Part shown: in pieces, positions 38,636-49,273 of the stretch
Position numbering within the stretch: position 1 is the first letter of the stretch
Layout of the letters: each line of letters begins with the position of its first letter
Origin: Anaeromyxobacter sp.
GTDB lineage: Bacteria > Myxococcota > Myxococcia > Myxococcales > Anaeromyxobacteraceae
Assembly: GCA_049840735.1 (NCBI GenBank)
Contig: JASGJN010000023.1
Span: 1 to 64,000, forward strand
DNA: 64,000 nt
Direction: 5' to 3'
The notes under the pieces: model-generated
The model's input: the letters and a program-made list of their open reading frames with translations, nothing else
Told to the model about the DNA's origin: nothing
The model's database searches: none
Translations under genes and position numbers: made by a program

Positions 38636-39108
38636 CGGCGCCATTCTGGCGCCCCGCCGGGCGCCGCGCCAGGCCTGGCGCGCCGGGCGGAGCGCCAGGC
38701 GGTCCAGGCGCCGGTGGACCAGAGGGCCCAGGCCACCAGCACGGGCTGGAAGAAGAGCCGGACCAGCCGGGCGCGATCGGTGTCCAGGCCGAAGGCCGAC
38801 ACGCCCCGGACATACTGCGAGACGTTGCCCGGGAAGATCAGCACGAAGAAGGCGGCGGTGGCCCACCCCGCCTGGACGCGCCGGCGCGGGAAGAAGGCGA
38901 GCGCCGCGCCCAGGGCCAGCTCCACGACGCCGGAGAGGATCACGACCAGGTCCGGATCGAGCGGTAGCCAGGTGGGCACCTGCGCCTGGAACTCGGCCCG
39001 GGCCCAGGCCAGGTGCGAGGTGCCGGCGAAGAGCAGCGCGGCGCCGAGCAGGATGCGGGCCCCGTGCTGGAGGAGGGTGGCCGGGGGTGCAGCGGTGTGC
39101 GAAGGCAT
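38632..39108 (-). CDS. DoxX-like membrane protein
   Basis: ARILLG..LFAG.SHL, VPTWLP, SGVVEL, FPGN..QY, RLFFQP. Confidence 0.8.
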   Translation of the reverse strand: MPSHTAAPPATLLQHGARILLGAALLFAGTSHLAWARAEFQAQVPTWLPLDPDLVVILSGVVELALGAALAFFPRRRVQAGWATAAFFVLIFPGNVSQYVRGVSAFGLDTDRARLVRLFFQPVLVAWALWSTGAWTAWRSARRARPGAAPGGAPEWRR

Positions 39109-39126
39109 GGCGCTTCTCCCTGGGGC

Positions 39127-39562
39127 CTACGCCGCGGCCGCGGCCGCGGTCACCACCAGCTCGACCGGCACGTTGCCGCGGATGGCGTTGGAGTATGGGC
39201 AGATGGCGTGGGCGGCGGCCACCAGCGCCTCCGCCTCGGCGCGGGGCAGCCCGGCGATCCCGACCGAGAGCTTCACCGAGAGCGCGAAGCCGCCCTGGCC
39301 GCTGGGGCCGATCGCGACGCTGGCGTCGACCCGGGTGCCCTCGAGCTTCTGCTTCCGCTGCCCTGCCACGAAGGCCAGCGCGGAGTCGAAGCAGGCCGCG
39401 TAGCCGGCCGCGAAGAGCTGCTCGGGGTTGGTGAGCGGGAAGCCGGGGCCGCCCAGCTCGCGGGGGATGGCCAGCTCCAGAATCGAGCACCTGGTCGGAC
39501 GAGGTGACGTGGCCGTTGCGGCCGCCGGTGGCGGTGGCGTGGGCGGTGTACAGGGTCTTCAT
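39127..39562 (-). CDS. ohr: Organic hydroperoxide resistance protein (one indel near 39481)
   Basis: LYTAHATATGGRNG; NPEQLFAAGYAACF; AHAICPYSNA. Confidence 0.93.
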
Positions 39563-39581
39563 GGCGGATGTTCCTTGGTGA

Positions 39582-39628
39582 GCGATTAAAGCGCGTGCGA
39601 TCTAATCGCGTACGGAGACATCTGTCAA
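39582..39628 (-). promoter_or_regulatory. ohr promoter with overlapping OhrR-like operator
   Basis: TTGACA (39628-39623) then TAGAT; palindrome GCGATTA-N14-TAATCGC over the -10 region. Confidence 0.7.
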
Positions 39629-39800
39629 GCGGTGGCCCGGTCCCGGTGAGCAGCAGGAACCGGGCGCGGGCAGACATGGGGGCTTGCGCCGAGTCCGGCG
39701 GGTTCCCTGCGACCATCACCTCATGGGGGCTCGGCAGCCCTCGGCTCGAAGGACGCGAGCGAACCCGCAGGGTCGCCCCGTCAGCCGCACGCGCCGTCCC

Positions 39801-40970
39801 TCAGACCGCCAGCTCGTACACGCGCCGCACGCCCTCGCTGTCGAGCTTCACGAAGTTGCCCACCGTGCGGGCGTCACCGTCGGTGCACTTGCGGGCCATC
39901 TCGTCCAGGCGGTCGACGCCGATGTCGAGGCCGGAGAGCCGGGTGGCGAGGCCGAGCGAGTGGTACCAGGCCTCCAGGCGCGCGATGCCGGCGCGGCCGG
40001 TGGCCTCGGCGTCCCAGTGCTCGTTGTCCACGTTCCACACCCGCACCGCCCACTGCGCGAACCGCTGCGGGTCGGTGGAGAGGGTGTGCTTGAGCCAGGC
40101 CGGGAAGACCACCGCCAGCCCCGCGCCGTGGGCCACGTCGTAGATGCCGGACAGCTCGTGCTCGATGTCGTGGGAGGCCCAGTCACCCACCCGGCCGGTG
40201 TTGAGCAGGTTGTTGTGGGCGATGGTGCCGGCCCACATGAACTCCGACCAGGCGTCGTAGTCGCGCGGGCGCGCCATGAGCTCCACCGCCTTGCGCGCCA
40301 CGGTCTTCATGGTCGCCTCCAGCAGCCGGTCGGTGAACTCGACGTGCCGCACGGTGGTGAAGTACCGCTCCATCAGGTGGGCCATGATGTCGGCGGCGCC
40401 GCAGGCCACCTGGAAGGGCGGCAGGGTGAAGGCCAGCTGCGGGTCCAGGATGGAGAAGCGCGGGTAGAGCAGCTCGGAGTTGACCGCGCGCTTGAGCTGC
40501 CCCTCCTCCTTCGTGATCACCGTGCCGGTGCTGGACTCGCTGCCGGCGGCCGGGATGGTGAGCACGGTGCCGATGGGGAGCGCGGCCTTCGGCGCGCCCT
40601 TGCCCAGGTAGAAGTCCCAGACGTCGCCGTCGATCGCCGCCCCCATGGCGATGGCCTTGGCAGAGTCGATGACGCTGCCGCCGCCGACGGCCAGCACGAA
40701 GCCGAGCCCGTGCGCCTTGCACAGCCGCACGCCCTCGTGCACCAGGGAGAGCCGCGGGTTGGGCAGCACGCCGCCCAGCTCGACCGGCTCCACCCCGGCG
40801 GCGCGCAGCGAGGCCACCACCCGGTCGTAGAGCCCGGAGCGCTTGATGCTGCCGCCGCCGTAGTGCAGGAGCACCTTGCGGCCGTGCTGCGCGGTCAGCT
40901 CGCCCACGCGGGCGTCGGCGCCCCGGCCGAAGACGATGCGGGTCGGATTGCAGAACTCGAAGTCGTTCAT
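39801..40970 (-). CDS. Iron-containing alcohol dehydrogenase (BdhA/YqhD-like)
   Basis: NPTRIVFG, YGGGSIKRSG, AVGGGSVID.AK, TIPAAGSE, GDWASH.IEHELS, HGAGLA. Confidence 0.95.
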   Translation of the reverse strand: MNDFEFCNPTRIVFGRGADARVGELTAQHGRKVLLHYGGGSIKRSGLYDRVVASLRAAGVEPVELGGVLPNPRLSLVHEGVRLCKAHGLGFVLAVGGGSVIDSAKAIAMGAAIDGDVWDFYLGKGAPKAALPIGTVLTIPAAGSESSTGTVITKEEGQLKRAVNSELLYPRFSILDPQLAFTLPPFQVACGAADIMAHLMERYFTTVRHVEFTDRLLEATMKTVARKAVELMARPRDYDAWSEFMWAGTIAHNNLLNTGRVGDWASHDIEHELSGIYDVAHGAGLAVVFPAWLKHTLSTDPQRFAQWAVRVWNVDNEHWDAEATGRAGIARLEAWYHSLGLATRLSGLDIGVDRLDEMARKCTDGDARTVGNFVKLDSEGVRRVYELAV

Positions 40971-41091
40971 GTGCGGTCTCCGGGGTCCGCGCGGGGGCGG
41001 GCGTGAGGCGGGGCGTGACGTGGCCCCGCAGCATACCACCGGGGCGTGAGGGCGCTGGGGCAAACGTTGGCGCGAGCTGGGCCCCGGCCGC

Positions 41092-42876
41092 TCAGGGCGC
41101 GGCGGCCCGGGCCAGCGCCTCGCGCAGCTCGGCCACCGAGTAGGGCTTCTGCAGGAAGCCGGCGAAGCGCCCGCCGCGCTCGCGCCCCAGCGACGACTGC
41201 TCGTCGAAGCCGCTGGAGAGGATCACGCGCAGGCCGGGGGCGATGGCCAGCAGCGCGTCCAGCGTGGCCAGCCCGTCCATGCCCGGCATGGAGAGGTCGA
41301 GCAGCACCAGCCGCACCTCGCCAGGGCGGGCCCGGATCAGCGCCACCGCCTCCTGGCCGCCGGAGGCCGCGAGCACCGGCATGCCCAGCCGCCGCACCAT
41401 CGACTCGGCGGCACGCCGCACCAGCTCCTCGTCGTCCACCACCAGCACGGTCCCGGCGGCCGGCGGCGGACGGAGCGGCGCGGGGGTGAGGTGGGGCGCC
41501 GCCTCGGCGGGCGCGGTCGCGCCGGGCCGCACCGGAAAGAGCACCTTCACCCGGGTGCCGCGCCCGGGCGTGCTGTCCACGAACAGCGCGCCGCCGTGGC
41601 CGCGAACGATGCCCAGCAGCGCGGGCATGCCCAGCCCGCGCCCCACCGCCTTGGTGCTGAAGAACGGATCGAAGATCCGCGCCAGCGTGGCCTGGTCCAT
41701 GCCGCAGCCGTCGTCGGCGACCTCCAGCGCGACGTACGCCTCGGCCGGCCGCGCGTCGGCGACGCGGTTCCCCTCCAGCGCCCCGGGGCCGCCGGCCCGG
41801 CGCCCGGTGGTGATGGTGATGGTGCCGGGGCGCGCGCCGATGGCGTCGGCGGCGTTGGTGATGAGGTTCATCACCACCTGCTGGAGCTGCCCGACGTCCG
41901 CCTCGATGGGCGGGAGCCCCTCCGCCAGGTGCACGGCGATGGCGCAGGTGTGCGGGACGCTGGCCCGCAGCATGTGGGCGTTCTCCCGGACCAGCGCGCC
42001 CAGCTCCAGCGGGCGCACCACGAACCGGCCCTTGCCGGAGTAGGCCAGCAGCTGCCGGGTCAGGTCGGTGGCCCGCCGCGCCGCCCGCACCGCCTGCCGC
42101 AGCGGCTCGCGCGCCGGCGCGTCGGGCGTGAGGTCGCCCATGGCCAGGTCGAGGTTGCCCTGCATGGCCTGGAGCAGGTTGTTGAAGTCGTGGGCCACGC
42201 CGCCGGCCAGGATGCCCAGGCTCTCCAGCTTCTGCGCGTGGAGCAGCCGCCGCTCCAGCTCCAGCCGCTCGGCGTCGGCGCGGCGCGCCTCCTCGGCGGA
42301 GCGCTCCAGCGCCAGCGCCTGCGCGCGGCTGGCCTGGAAGAGCCGGGCGTTCTCGGTCGCCAGCGCCGCCAGGTTGGCCAGCGTCCGGCAGAGGTCCACC
42401 TCGTCCGGCCCGAGGGCGCGCGGCTCGATGGGCTCCGAGACGATCAGCACCCCCACCGCCTTGTCGCCGGCGAGCATGGGGCAGTAGAGGATGGTGCGGA
42501 GGTGGCGCTGGTCGGCGACGGCCCGCTCGGCCTCGGTCCACGCCTCGGCCTCGACGTCCGGCACCAGCAGCGGCGCGCGGGCCTGGAGCGACCGGCCGAC
42601 GTGCGGGTGGTCGGCCAGCGGCGCGACGCGGAGCTGGTCCGGGAAGCCCGGCGGCAGCGGCGGCGTGGTGGCCTCCAGCCGCAGCGTGGCGCCGTCGAGC
42701 AGGTAGACCGCGGCCGTGTCGAAGCCGGCCAGGCGGCACACGCCGTCGGTGGTGTGCTGGAGGATGCGGTCCAGCTCGAGCGTGGCGGCCAGCGCGCCGC
42801 TCACGTCCACCAGCGCGGCCAGGCCGGCTGCGCGCCGCTCCAGCGCCGAGAGGCTCTCCTGCCTGGCCTCGATCAT
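41092..42876 (-). CDS. GAF-sensor hybrid histidine kinase/response regulator
   Basis: [24 protein letters not shown] box; DDGCGM, FDPFFSTK, GRGLG; REC VLVVDDE..LLDLSMP. Confidence 0.92.
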   Translation of the reverse strand: MIEARQESLSALERRAAGLAALVDVSGALAATLELDRILQHTTDGVCRLAGFDTAAVYLLDGATLRLEATTPPLPPGFPDQLRVAPLADHPHVGRSLQARAPLLVPDVEAEAWTEAERAVADQRHLRTILYCPMLAGDKAVGVLIVSEPIEPRALGPDEVDLCRTLANLAALATENARLFQASRAQALALERSAEEARRADAERLELERRLLHAQKLESLGILAGGVAHDFNNLLQAMQGNLDLAMGDLTPDAPAREPLRQAVRAARRATDLTRQLLAYSGKGRFVVRPLELGALVRENAHMLRASVPHTCAIAVHLAEGLPPIEADVGQLQQVVMNLITNAADAIGARPGTITITTGRRAGGPGALEGNRVADARPAEAYVALEVADDGCGMDQATLARIFDPFFSTKAVGRGLGMPALLGIVRGHGGALFVDSTPGRGTRVKVLFPVRPGATAPAEAAPHLTPAPLRPPPAAGTVLVVDDEELVRRAAESMVRRLGMPVLAASGGQEAVALIRARPGEVRLVLLDLSMPGMDGLATLDALLAIAPGLRVILSSGFDEQSSLGRERGGRFAGFLQKPYSVAELREALARAAAP

Positions 42877-43126
42877 CCCCGACCCTCGCGCGCGCACGCT
42901 GGGTACGCACGCGCGGAGCCTCGCACAGGCCTCCAGGAGCGGCAAGCGAGGCGCTGGGGCGTCTCGCCATGACGGGCCTGGCGCGCCCGCGACCCGGTCC
43001 CGGCACGGCACGGAGGGGCGGGTCGCCGCGCCCAGGTGATCTGTCCTAAGCTGGATGCAGGGGTCCTCCGCCGGCCGGGCCGGCCGCTCCCCGAGCCGCC
43101 GCCAGGGCGCGAGACCAGGAGACGTC

Positions 43127-43642
43127 ATGGAGCGCAGCGAGTGGATCGGGAAGCTCGAGCTGGTGCATGACGCCCTCCGGAGCGGCGCCGCGGTCCCGGA
43201 GGCGGAGCGCGCCTGGTACCGCCGCGCGCGGCAGGAGCTGCTGGCCGCGGCCGTCGCCGAGCAGAACGCGCCGGTGATCGGCGACGAGCGCCCGCGCAAG
43301 GCGCTGCGGCTGGAGCGGGCGGTGCCGGTGCGGCTGGGCGGCGACGGGCTGGCGCTGGACTGGATGACCACCGACCTGGGCATCGGCGGGTTCGCGGTGG
43401 CGACCTCCGCCCCGCTCGACCCGGACCGCGTCACCTGGGCCGAGCTGGACCTGCCCACCGGGCGCGTCGGGGCGCGGGTGCGGGTGGTGGGCGCGGTGGC
43501 CAGCGGCCCGCGCATGCGCGTCTCGTTCGCCTTCGAGGACCCGTCGCAGGCCGCCGCCGCCGCGCTGGGCGACTACGTGCTGGACGAGCTGCTCCCGCAG
43601 ATCGTCTTCTGGGACCAGGTGCTGGAGAAGGTCCGCTACTGA
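43127..43642 (+). CDS. PilZ-like domain protein
   Basis: RKALR (RxxxR) and DLGIGG (D/NxSxxG variant), RVV, .SFAF. Confidence 0.65.
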   Translation: MERSEWIGKLELVHDALRSGAAVPEAERAWYRRARQELLAAAVAEQNAPVIGDERPRKALRLERAVPVRLGGDGLALDWMTTDLGIGGFAVATSAPLDPDRVTWAELDLPTGRVGARVRVVGAVASGPRMRVSFAFEDPSQAAAAALGDYVLDELLPQIVFWDQVLEKVRY

Positions 43643-43807
43643 GCGCCGCCTCGACGTCCGCGCCCTCGCGACGCGGGGCCCCGGCCAGCCCGCCCTGGGG
43701 CTCTGCGACCAAGGTCCAATCGTGACCGCCAGCGGCTCGCGGTAGCGGGTCGGGGCCAGGCTGCGCGGCGCCTGCCGCTCCACCCACCCTGGCCAGGAGG
43801 CGATCAC

Positions 43808-44398
43808 ATGCGCCGCTCCCTCTCGTCCGCTCTCCGCCTGGCCGCGCTCGGCCTGGTCCTCGCCTGCGCCAGCGCCGGCGTCCCCTACAAGACGGCCGAC
43901 CTGCCGCCCCAGGCACCCCCGGCGCAGGAGGAGAACCAGGCGCTGGGCGAGGTCGTGCTGACCATGAACGGCAACGCCCGCGGCCTGGCCTGGGGGCGCT
44001 GGCGCGTGTACGGCGCCGCCGCCGACCTGACCTACGTCGGCGAGAACACCTGGGGCGGCGAGCTCCTGGGCCGGCCGGTCCGGCTCACCGTCGCCAACGG
44101 CAAGATCACCGGCGCCGGCGTGAACCTGACCCTGGAGCAGTCGGGGAGCGACGTGACGCTGGGCGGGACCGTCTTCCAGCGCACCGTCCGGATCACCTAC
44201 GCGCCCGACGCCATCCGCGGCAAGACCGCCAGCGCCGGACCGGGCTTCGAGCTGCGGCGCGAGTCTCCCGACCGCTGGGCCGGCAACTGGGGCCCCGGCA
44301 ACATGCTCTTCGTGAACATGAAGGGCGCGGCGGGCAGCTACCCGCAGAGCCTCGAGGCGCCGCAGTTCCACCTGATCATGCTGGGGCTGCTGCTGTAG
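43808..44398 (+). CDS. Hypothetical lipoprotein
   Basis: GGAGG RBS; LVLAC lipobox; beta-rich body; GC3-biased codons. Confidence 0.7.
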   Translation: MRRSLSSALRLAALGLVLACASAGVPYKTADLPPQAPPAQEENQALGEVVLTMNGNARGLAWGRWRVYGAAADLTYVGENTWGGELLGRPVRLTVANGKITGAGVNLTLEQSGSDVTLGGTVFQRTVRITYAPDAIRGKTASAGPGFELRRESPDRWAGNWGPGNMLFVNMKGAAGSYPQSLEAPQFHLIMLGLLL

Positions 44399-44404
44399 CC
44401 GGGC

Positions 44405-45519
44405 TCACCCGCCGACCAGCCCGGTGGGCGGCGCGGCCGCGGCGGCGGAGGCCGGCGCGTCCCCGGAGGCGCCCAGCTCGCCCACCCAGCTGGAGAGCAG
44501 GGTCCAGGTGACGGCCAGCAGCACCGGGCCGACGAACAGCCCCACCACGCCGAAGGCGAACAGGCCGCCGATGACGCCGGCCATGATGAGCAGGAGCGGG
44601 AGGTCGGCGCCCTTCCTGATCAGCACCGGCCGGAGCACGTTGTCGAGCAGCCCCGCCACCACCGCGAAGACCAGCAGGAGGGTCCCGCGCACCGGCGCGC
44701 CGGTGGAGAAGAGCCAGATGGCGGTGGGCGCCAGCACCAGCATCGGGCCCAGCTGCGCGATGCAGAGCACGAAGGCGACCGCCGTCAGCACGCTCGCGTG
44801 CGGCACCTGCGCCACCGCGAGCCCCACGCCGGCGAGGAGCGTCTGCGCCAGGGCGGTGACCACGATGCCGAGCGCCACGGCGCGGATGGCCTTGGCCGCC
44901 AGCACGCCCACCTTCTCGCCCTGGTCCCCCGCCAGCCGGCGCAGGAAGCGGAGCACGCCGCGCGCGGCCGCCTCGCCGGACGACCACAGGATGGCGGAGA
45001 TCACCACCGTCAGCAGCAGCTGCACCACCGCCGCGCCCAGGCCGCCGGCGCTGGCGGCGATCCAGCGGGTGGCCTCGGCCACGTGCGGCGCCAGGCGCGC
45101 GGCCAGGCCGGCCGGATCGCCGGACAGGTCGGCCCATGCGGTCGAATCCGGTTCCCGACCAGCGGCAGCCCCTCCACCCAGGCCGGCGGCGGCGGCAGCC
45201 CGTTCACCGCGACCTCGCGGGCCGCGTTGGCCACGCCGTCGATGTTCTCGGCGATGGTGGAGAGCCCCAGCCAGATGGGGGCGATCACCACGGCGGCCAG
45301 GAGCACCACCAGCGTCGCCACCGCCAGCCCGCGGCGGCCGCCGAGGCGCCGCTGCACGCCCAGCAGCATGGGCCAGGTGGCGACGGTGATCATGGTCGCC
45401 CAGACCGTGGCCGCGACGAAGGGGAGGAGCACCCAGGTGCTGGCGGCGAACAGGAGGACGATGGACGCCACGCCCAGCGTGATGCGGGCGAGATCCTGCG
45501 AAGGCGGTCGGGCGAGCAC
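44405..45519 (-). CDS. AI-2E family transporter (YdiK-like), indel near 45148
   Basis: PF...VWATMI.VATWP, LPPPPAWV..LPLVG, VALGIVVTALAQ, DNVLRP.LIRKGADLP, GLFVGPVLLAV. Confidence 0.88.
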
Positions 45520-45673
45520 GGGAACCCTCCTGGACAGCGGGTGGCCGGATTCTACCGCCACCCGTCACCGCCGGTGGCGGCGACGGGGGTGATGGGGCCA
45601 AGGGCGTATCCTGCCCCGCGGCTCCCCGGCAGCCGGGCGCGAGGACGGCCCCGCTCCAGGCAGGGCGCCTTGC

Positions 45674-45856
45674 TCAGGCGGCGTGCTCGCTGGGCAGCGC
45701 GGCCGGGTCCAGCTCCGGCAGCTCGACCAGCGCAGCCCAGCGCCGCTCCTCGGCGTCCTGCAGCGCGTGCCCGCAGCGCATGAACAGCCCGAGCAGCCCG
45801 GAGAACAGCACCGAGCCCACCAGCCAGGCCAGGGCGGCCAGAAGCAACCCGCTCAT
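45674..45856 (-). CDS. Small membrane hypothetical protein
   Basis: GGAGG RBS, one hydrophobic segment, 60 aa. Confidence 0.45.
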   Translation of the reverse strand: MSGLLLAALAWLVGSVLFSGLLGLFMRCGHALQDAEERRWAALVELPELDPAALPSEHAA

Positions 45857-45987
45857 CGACGCCTCCCGTGTTCGGCCTGCCCATCATCGGCGGAATCGGG
45901 CGGGGCGATCCAGAAAGCGTCCTTCGACTTGGCGCCCGGCGTGCGGGCGCCGCGCTGGGGAGGACCGGCCGCACGCTGCCCGGCCGC

Positions 45988-47763
45988 CTACGGCGCCACG
46001 GGCGTGAGCACCGCCGCGTGGAGGCGCCCGCCCTCGTCGCGGCCGCCCACCACCAGCCGGCCGTCGGAGGCCAGCCCCGTCACCCACTCGAAGAGGAAGC
46101 CGGGGTCGGGGGAGACCAGGCCGTGCAGGTCCTGGAGGTGGCCGCCGCGCCAGCGCATGGCGTGGGTGAAGCCGCTGCGCCGGAGCGCCGTGCCGAAGCC
46201 GCTGCCGGCCCCGTCCACCAGCGAGAAGGAGAGGGAGTAGTCGTCCTCCTCGGGGTCCACGCGGGTGAGCTGCCGGGTGGTGAGGTCGAGCAGGTAGCCC
46301 TGGCTGCGCTTGCCAGCGCCCTCGCAGCTGCCGGCCACCCACCCGGTGCCGGAGAGGCCGAGGGCGTCGGCGCGAGGCGGGAGGCCGAGGTCCTGCGCCA
46401 CGCCGTCCACGAAGCGGACCGCCAGCTCGCCGCTGGCGCCGACCAGCCGCCCCGCGTCGTCGATGGCGCTGGCGGAGCTGCTCTCCGGCGACCCGGGCAG
46501 GCCCGTGAGCAGGGCCAGGCCGTCGCCGGAGGCGACGAAGCCGCGGCTGGGGCTGCCGTCGCCGGGGAGCGTGAAGCCCACCACCGTGCCGCCTGAGTCC
46601 ACGGCGGTCGGGACGGCCGGGCCGCCGGTGTCCACCGGCGTGAGCGCGCCGTCCTGGTAGCGGTAGACCAGGTTGTCCGCGTCCCGGATGACCACCAGGC
46701 CGGCGCCGTTGACCGCGTCCGCGTAGGCCGGCCGGTCGGTGGGCGGCAGCAGGGCCAGCTCACCGGTGCCGGCGCGGTAGAAGAACGGGTGCGCCTGCCC
46801 GTCGTCGGGCACGACGTAGCCGACCACGTCCCCCCCGGCGTTCATGTCCGTCGCGACCACCTGGCCGTCGCTGGAGACGATCTCGGTCACGGTGTACTCC
46901 GGCGCCGGCGCGAACCCGGCCTCGACGCTGGTGTCGGCCGCCAGCGCGACCGTGCAGGGATCGGTGCCGGTGCAGCCGCCGCTCCAGCCGGCGAAGACCG
47001 AGCCCTGGGCTGGAGCGGCGATGAGGGTCACCTGCGTCCCCTGGTCGAACGGGGCCGAGCAGGTGTCCCCGCAGTCGATGCCGGCGGGCGCGCTGGTGAC
47101 CGTGCCGCTCCCCGCGCCGCTCCGGGCGACGGTGAGGGTGTGGCGCGCGGGCGGGGGAGGGGGCTCGAAGCGCGCCGAGACCACCACGTCCACGTCCAGC
47201 GTCACCTGGCAGGGGTCGGTGCCGGAGCAGGCGCCGCCCCAGCCGGCGAAGGTGGACCCATCGGCGGCCGTCGCGGTGAGGGTCACCTCCGTCCCCTCGT
47301 CGAACGGGGCCGCGCAGGCCGTGCCGCAGTCGAGGCCGCCCGGCGCGCTGCGCACCGTCCCGGCCCCGTCTCCCTGGGAGAGGACGGTGAGGACGTGCTG
47401 GCCCGGCGGCGGCGCCGGCGCGGCCGCGAAGTGGGCGGTGACGGTGGTCTCGGCGGAGATGGTCAGGGCGCAGGCCTCGGTGCCGGTGCAGGCCCCCTCC
47501 CAGCCCGACAGCACCTGCCCCTCGGCCGGCTGGGCCAGCAGCGTGAGCTGCCCGCCGGGCGACACCGCCAGCTCGCAGCTCGCGTCGCACCGCTGCGTGA
47601 CGGCGCCGTCCACCGCGACGCTGCCTGACCCATCGACGACCAGGTGGACCGGGATGGTCCCGGGCGGCGGGCCGCTCCCGCCCACCTCTCCGGGCGGGCT
47701 CCCGGATCCGCAGCCCGCAGCCACCAGCAGCCCCAGCACCCCGGCCCAGCGCGCGTGACGCAT
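45988..47763 (-). CDS. Surface lipoprotein with three InlB-B-repeat-like domains and a C-terminal HAF-repeat-like propeller
   Basis: Lipobox AAGC; 3x VTL.A....GS.F.GW.GAC.GT..C; repeated A..(V/I)N..G.VVG. Confidence 0.8.
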   Translation of the reverse strand: MRHARWAGVLGLLVAAGCGSGSPPGEVGGSGPPPGTIPVHLVVDGSGSVAVDGAVTQRCDASCELAVSPGGQLTLLAQPAEGQVLSGWEGACTGTEACALTISAETTVTAHFAAAPAPPPGQHVLTVLSQGDGAGTVRSAPGGLDCGTACAAPFDEGTEVTLTATAADGSTFAGWGGACSGTDPCQVTLDVDVVVSARFEPPPPPARHTLTVARSGAGSGTVTSAPAGIDCGDTCSAPFDQGTQVTLIAAPAQGSVFAGWSGGCTGTDPCTVALAADTSVEAGFAPAPEYTVTEIVSSDGQVVATDMNAGGDVVGYVVPDDGQAHPFFYRAGTGELALLPPTDRPAYADAVNGAGLVVIRDADNLVYRYQDGALTPVDTGGPAVPTAVDSGGTVVGFTLPGDGSPSRGFVASGDGLALLTGLPGSPESSSASAIDDAGRLVGASGELAVRFVDGVAQDLGLPPRADALGLSGTGWVAGSCEGAGKRSQGYLLDLTTRQLTRVDPEEDDYSLSFSLVDGAGSGFGTALRRSGFTHAMRWRGGHLQDLHGLVSPDPGFLFEWVTGLASDGRLVVGGRDEGGRLHAAVLTPVAP

Positions 47764-47895
47764 CGTGAACCCCCCGGCCAAGGTAAGGCGGGGCCGGGGC
47801 GCAGCGCCAGGGACGGGGGACGCGGCGGTCGGAGGGGGGGCGGGCGGGGGAGGGGCTGGGCGCCCCTGCCACCGGACCCGGACCCGGATCCGCCG

Positions 47896-49047
47896 CTACG
47901 GCACCGTCAGCGCGACCGGCGTGTCCGCCCCGCCCACGACGGTGGCCGGCTGGGTGGCCCCGGTGACCACGCTCTCCGAGCCGTCGTCGGCCAGCGTGCG
48001 GCGCTGGGCCCCGACGCTGTAGGCCCCCGCCGGCAGGGACGCGAACCCGAACGTCTCCGCGCCGGCGGCCACCAGGCCCGGCGTGGTGCGGATCACGAAC
48101 GCGGCAGGCGTCCCGCCGGCGTCCAGCACCTGCCAGAGCACGACGGTGTCCGCGTCCGCCTCGCCGGCCGCGGGGGCCACCGTGCCGGCGATCCCGCCCA
48201 CCGCGGGCGCGGCGGTGAAGGCGGCGTCGCGGGTCACCACCGGGGCGGCCTCGGTCAGCGTGATCGCGCCGCTGGCCGCGGCCAGGTAGCTCACCTCGCC
48301 CACCACCGGCTGGGCCACCACGTTCACCGCGACGCCCAGCGGCACCAGGTCGAGCGCGTAGCGCCCCTCGCCGTCGGTGGAGGTGGCGCGCAGCACGGCC
48401 GGGGCGCCGCCGGCGTCGTGCACCTGGGCCATGACGGTCACTCCGGGCAGCGGCGCGCCGCCGGCGCCGTCGACCAGCTGCCCATGGATGGTGCCGGTGA
48501 CCGTGCGGTCCACGGCGCGGATCACCGGGCGCAGGATGTACTTGCCGCTCTTGCCGGCCTCGTGGACGAACACCGACCGGTGCGCGTCGAAGTCGATGAA
48601 GATGTCGGCGGTGGTGCCGGGCGCCACGTCCACGTCCACGGTGAGCTTGATGCCGGACTGCTGGCCGGAGGGGACCTTCAGCGGCTCCGGCGTGCCGTCC
48701 GCCAGCACCACCGAGTTGTCCGGGCCCAGCACCAGCCGCAGCTGGCCGTAGTGGCCGGCCGGCAGCGTCACGCCGTCCGCGAGCGTGGCCACCACGCCGC
48801 CGGTGAGCGAGAGCAGGTCGATGACGCGGTGGGGCTCCGACAGCGTGACCCAGCCGTCGGCCGTGGCGATCTCCACGGCCCGGACGTCCACGTTCACCTG
48901 CTGGTACTCGCTGGTGGGCGCGTCCACCAGGTGCACGCTGAGCCGCCCCGTGCCTCCGCCGGCGCCGGCGCCGCCGCTCCCGCTCCCGCAGGCCCCCGCC
49001 GCCAGGGCCATGGCCAGCGCCGCCGCACGCTCGATCATCCGCGTCAT
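47896..49047 (-). CDS. DUF4382-like lipoprotein with a carboxypeptidase-regulatory-like domain
   Basis: AGAC lipobox; LVDAP, IDLL.L, G.YGQLRLVL, LKVPSGQQSGIK, IDFDA..SV, YILRPVI. Confidence 0.85.
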   Translation of the reverse strand: MTRMIERAAALAMALAAGACGSGSGGAGAGGGTGRLSVHLVDAPTSEYQQVNVDVRAVEIATADGWVTLSEPHRVIDLLSLTGGVVATLADGVTLPAGHYGQLRLVLGPDNSVVLADGTPEPLKVPSGQQSGIKLTVDVDVAPGTTADIFIDFDAHRSVFVHEAGKSGKYILRPVIRAVDRTVTGTIHGQLVDGAGGAPLPGVTVMAQVHDAGGAPAVLRATSTDGEGRYALDLVPLGVAVNVVAQPVVGEVSYLAAASGAITLTEAAPVVTRDAAFTAAPAVGGIAGTVAPAAGEADADTVVLWQVLDAGGTPAAFVIRTTPGLVAAGAETFGFASLPAGAYSVGAQRRTLADDGSESVVTGATQPATVVGGADTPVALTVP

Positions 49048-49273
49048 GTCTTCCCTCGATGCTGCCGGCCGCGACCTGCGCCGGCGGATCCGTCGGGCGC
49101 ACCGTGCGCCCTCCCTCCAGACGTGCAGGCGCGCCTGCGGTTGCGTCCGGGACGGGGCGGACCCGCACCGGGGGTGTATGTTTGCCCCGGCGAGGGGCAC
49201 CGCCCCGCCGGCGGGTGCGGCGGGGTGGCGCTCGACGCCCCCGGTGGCCGCCCGTTTCGGCTACAGTGCGGCC

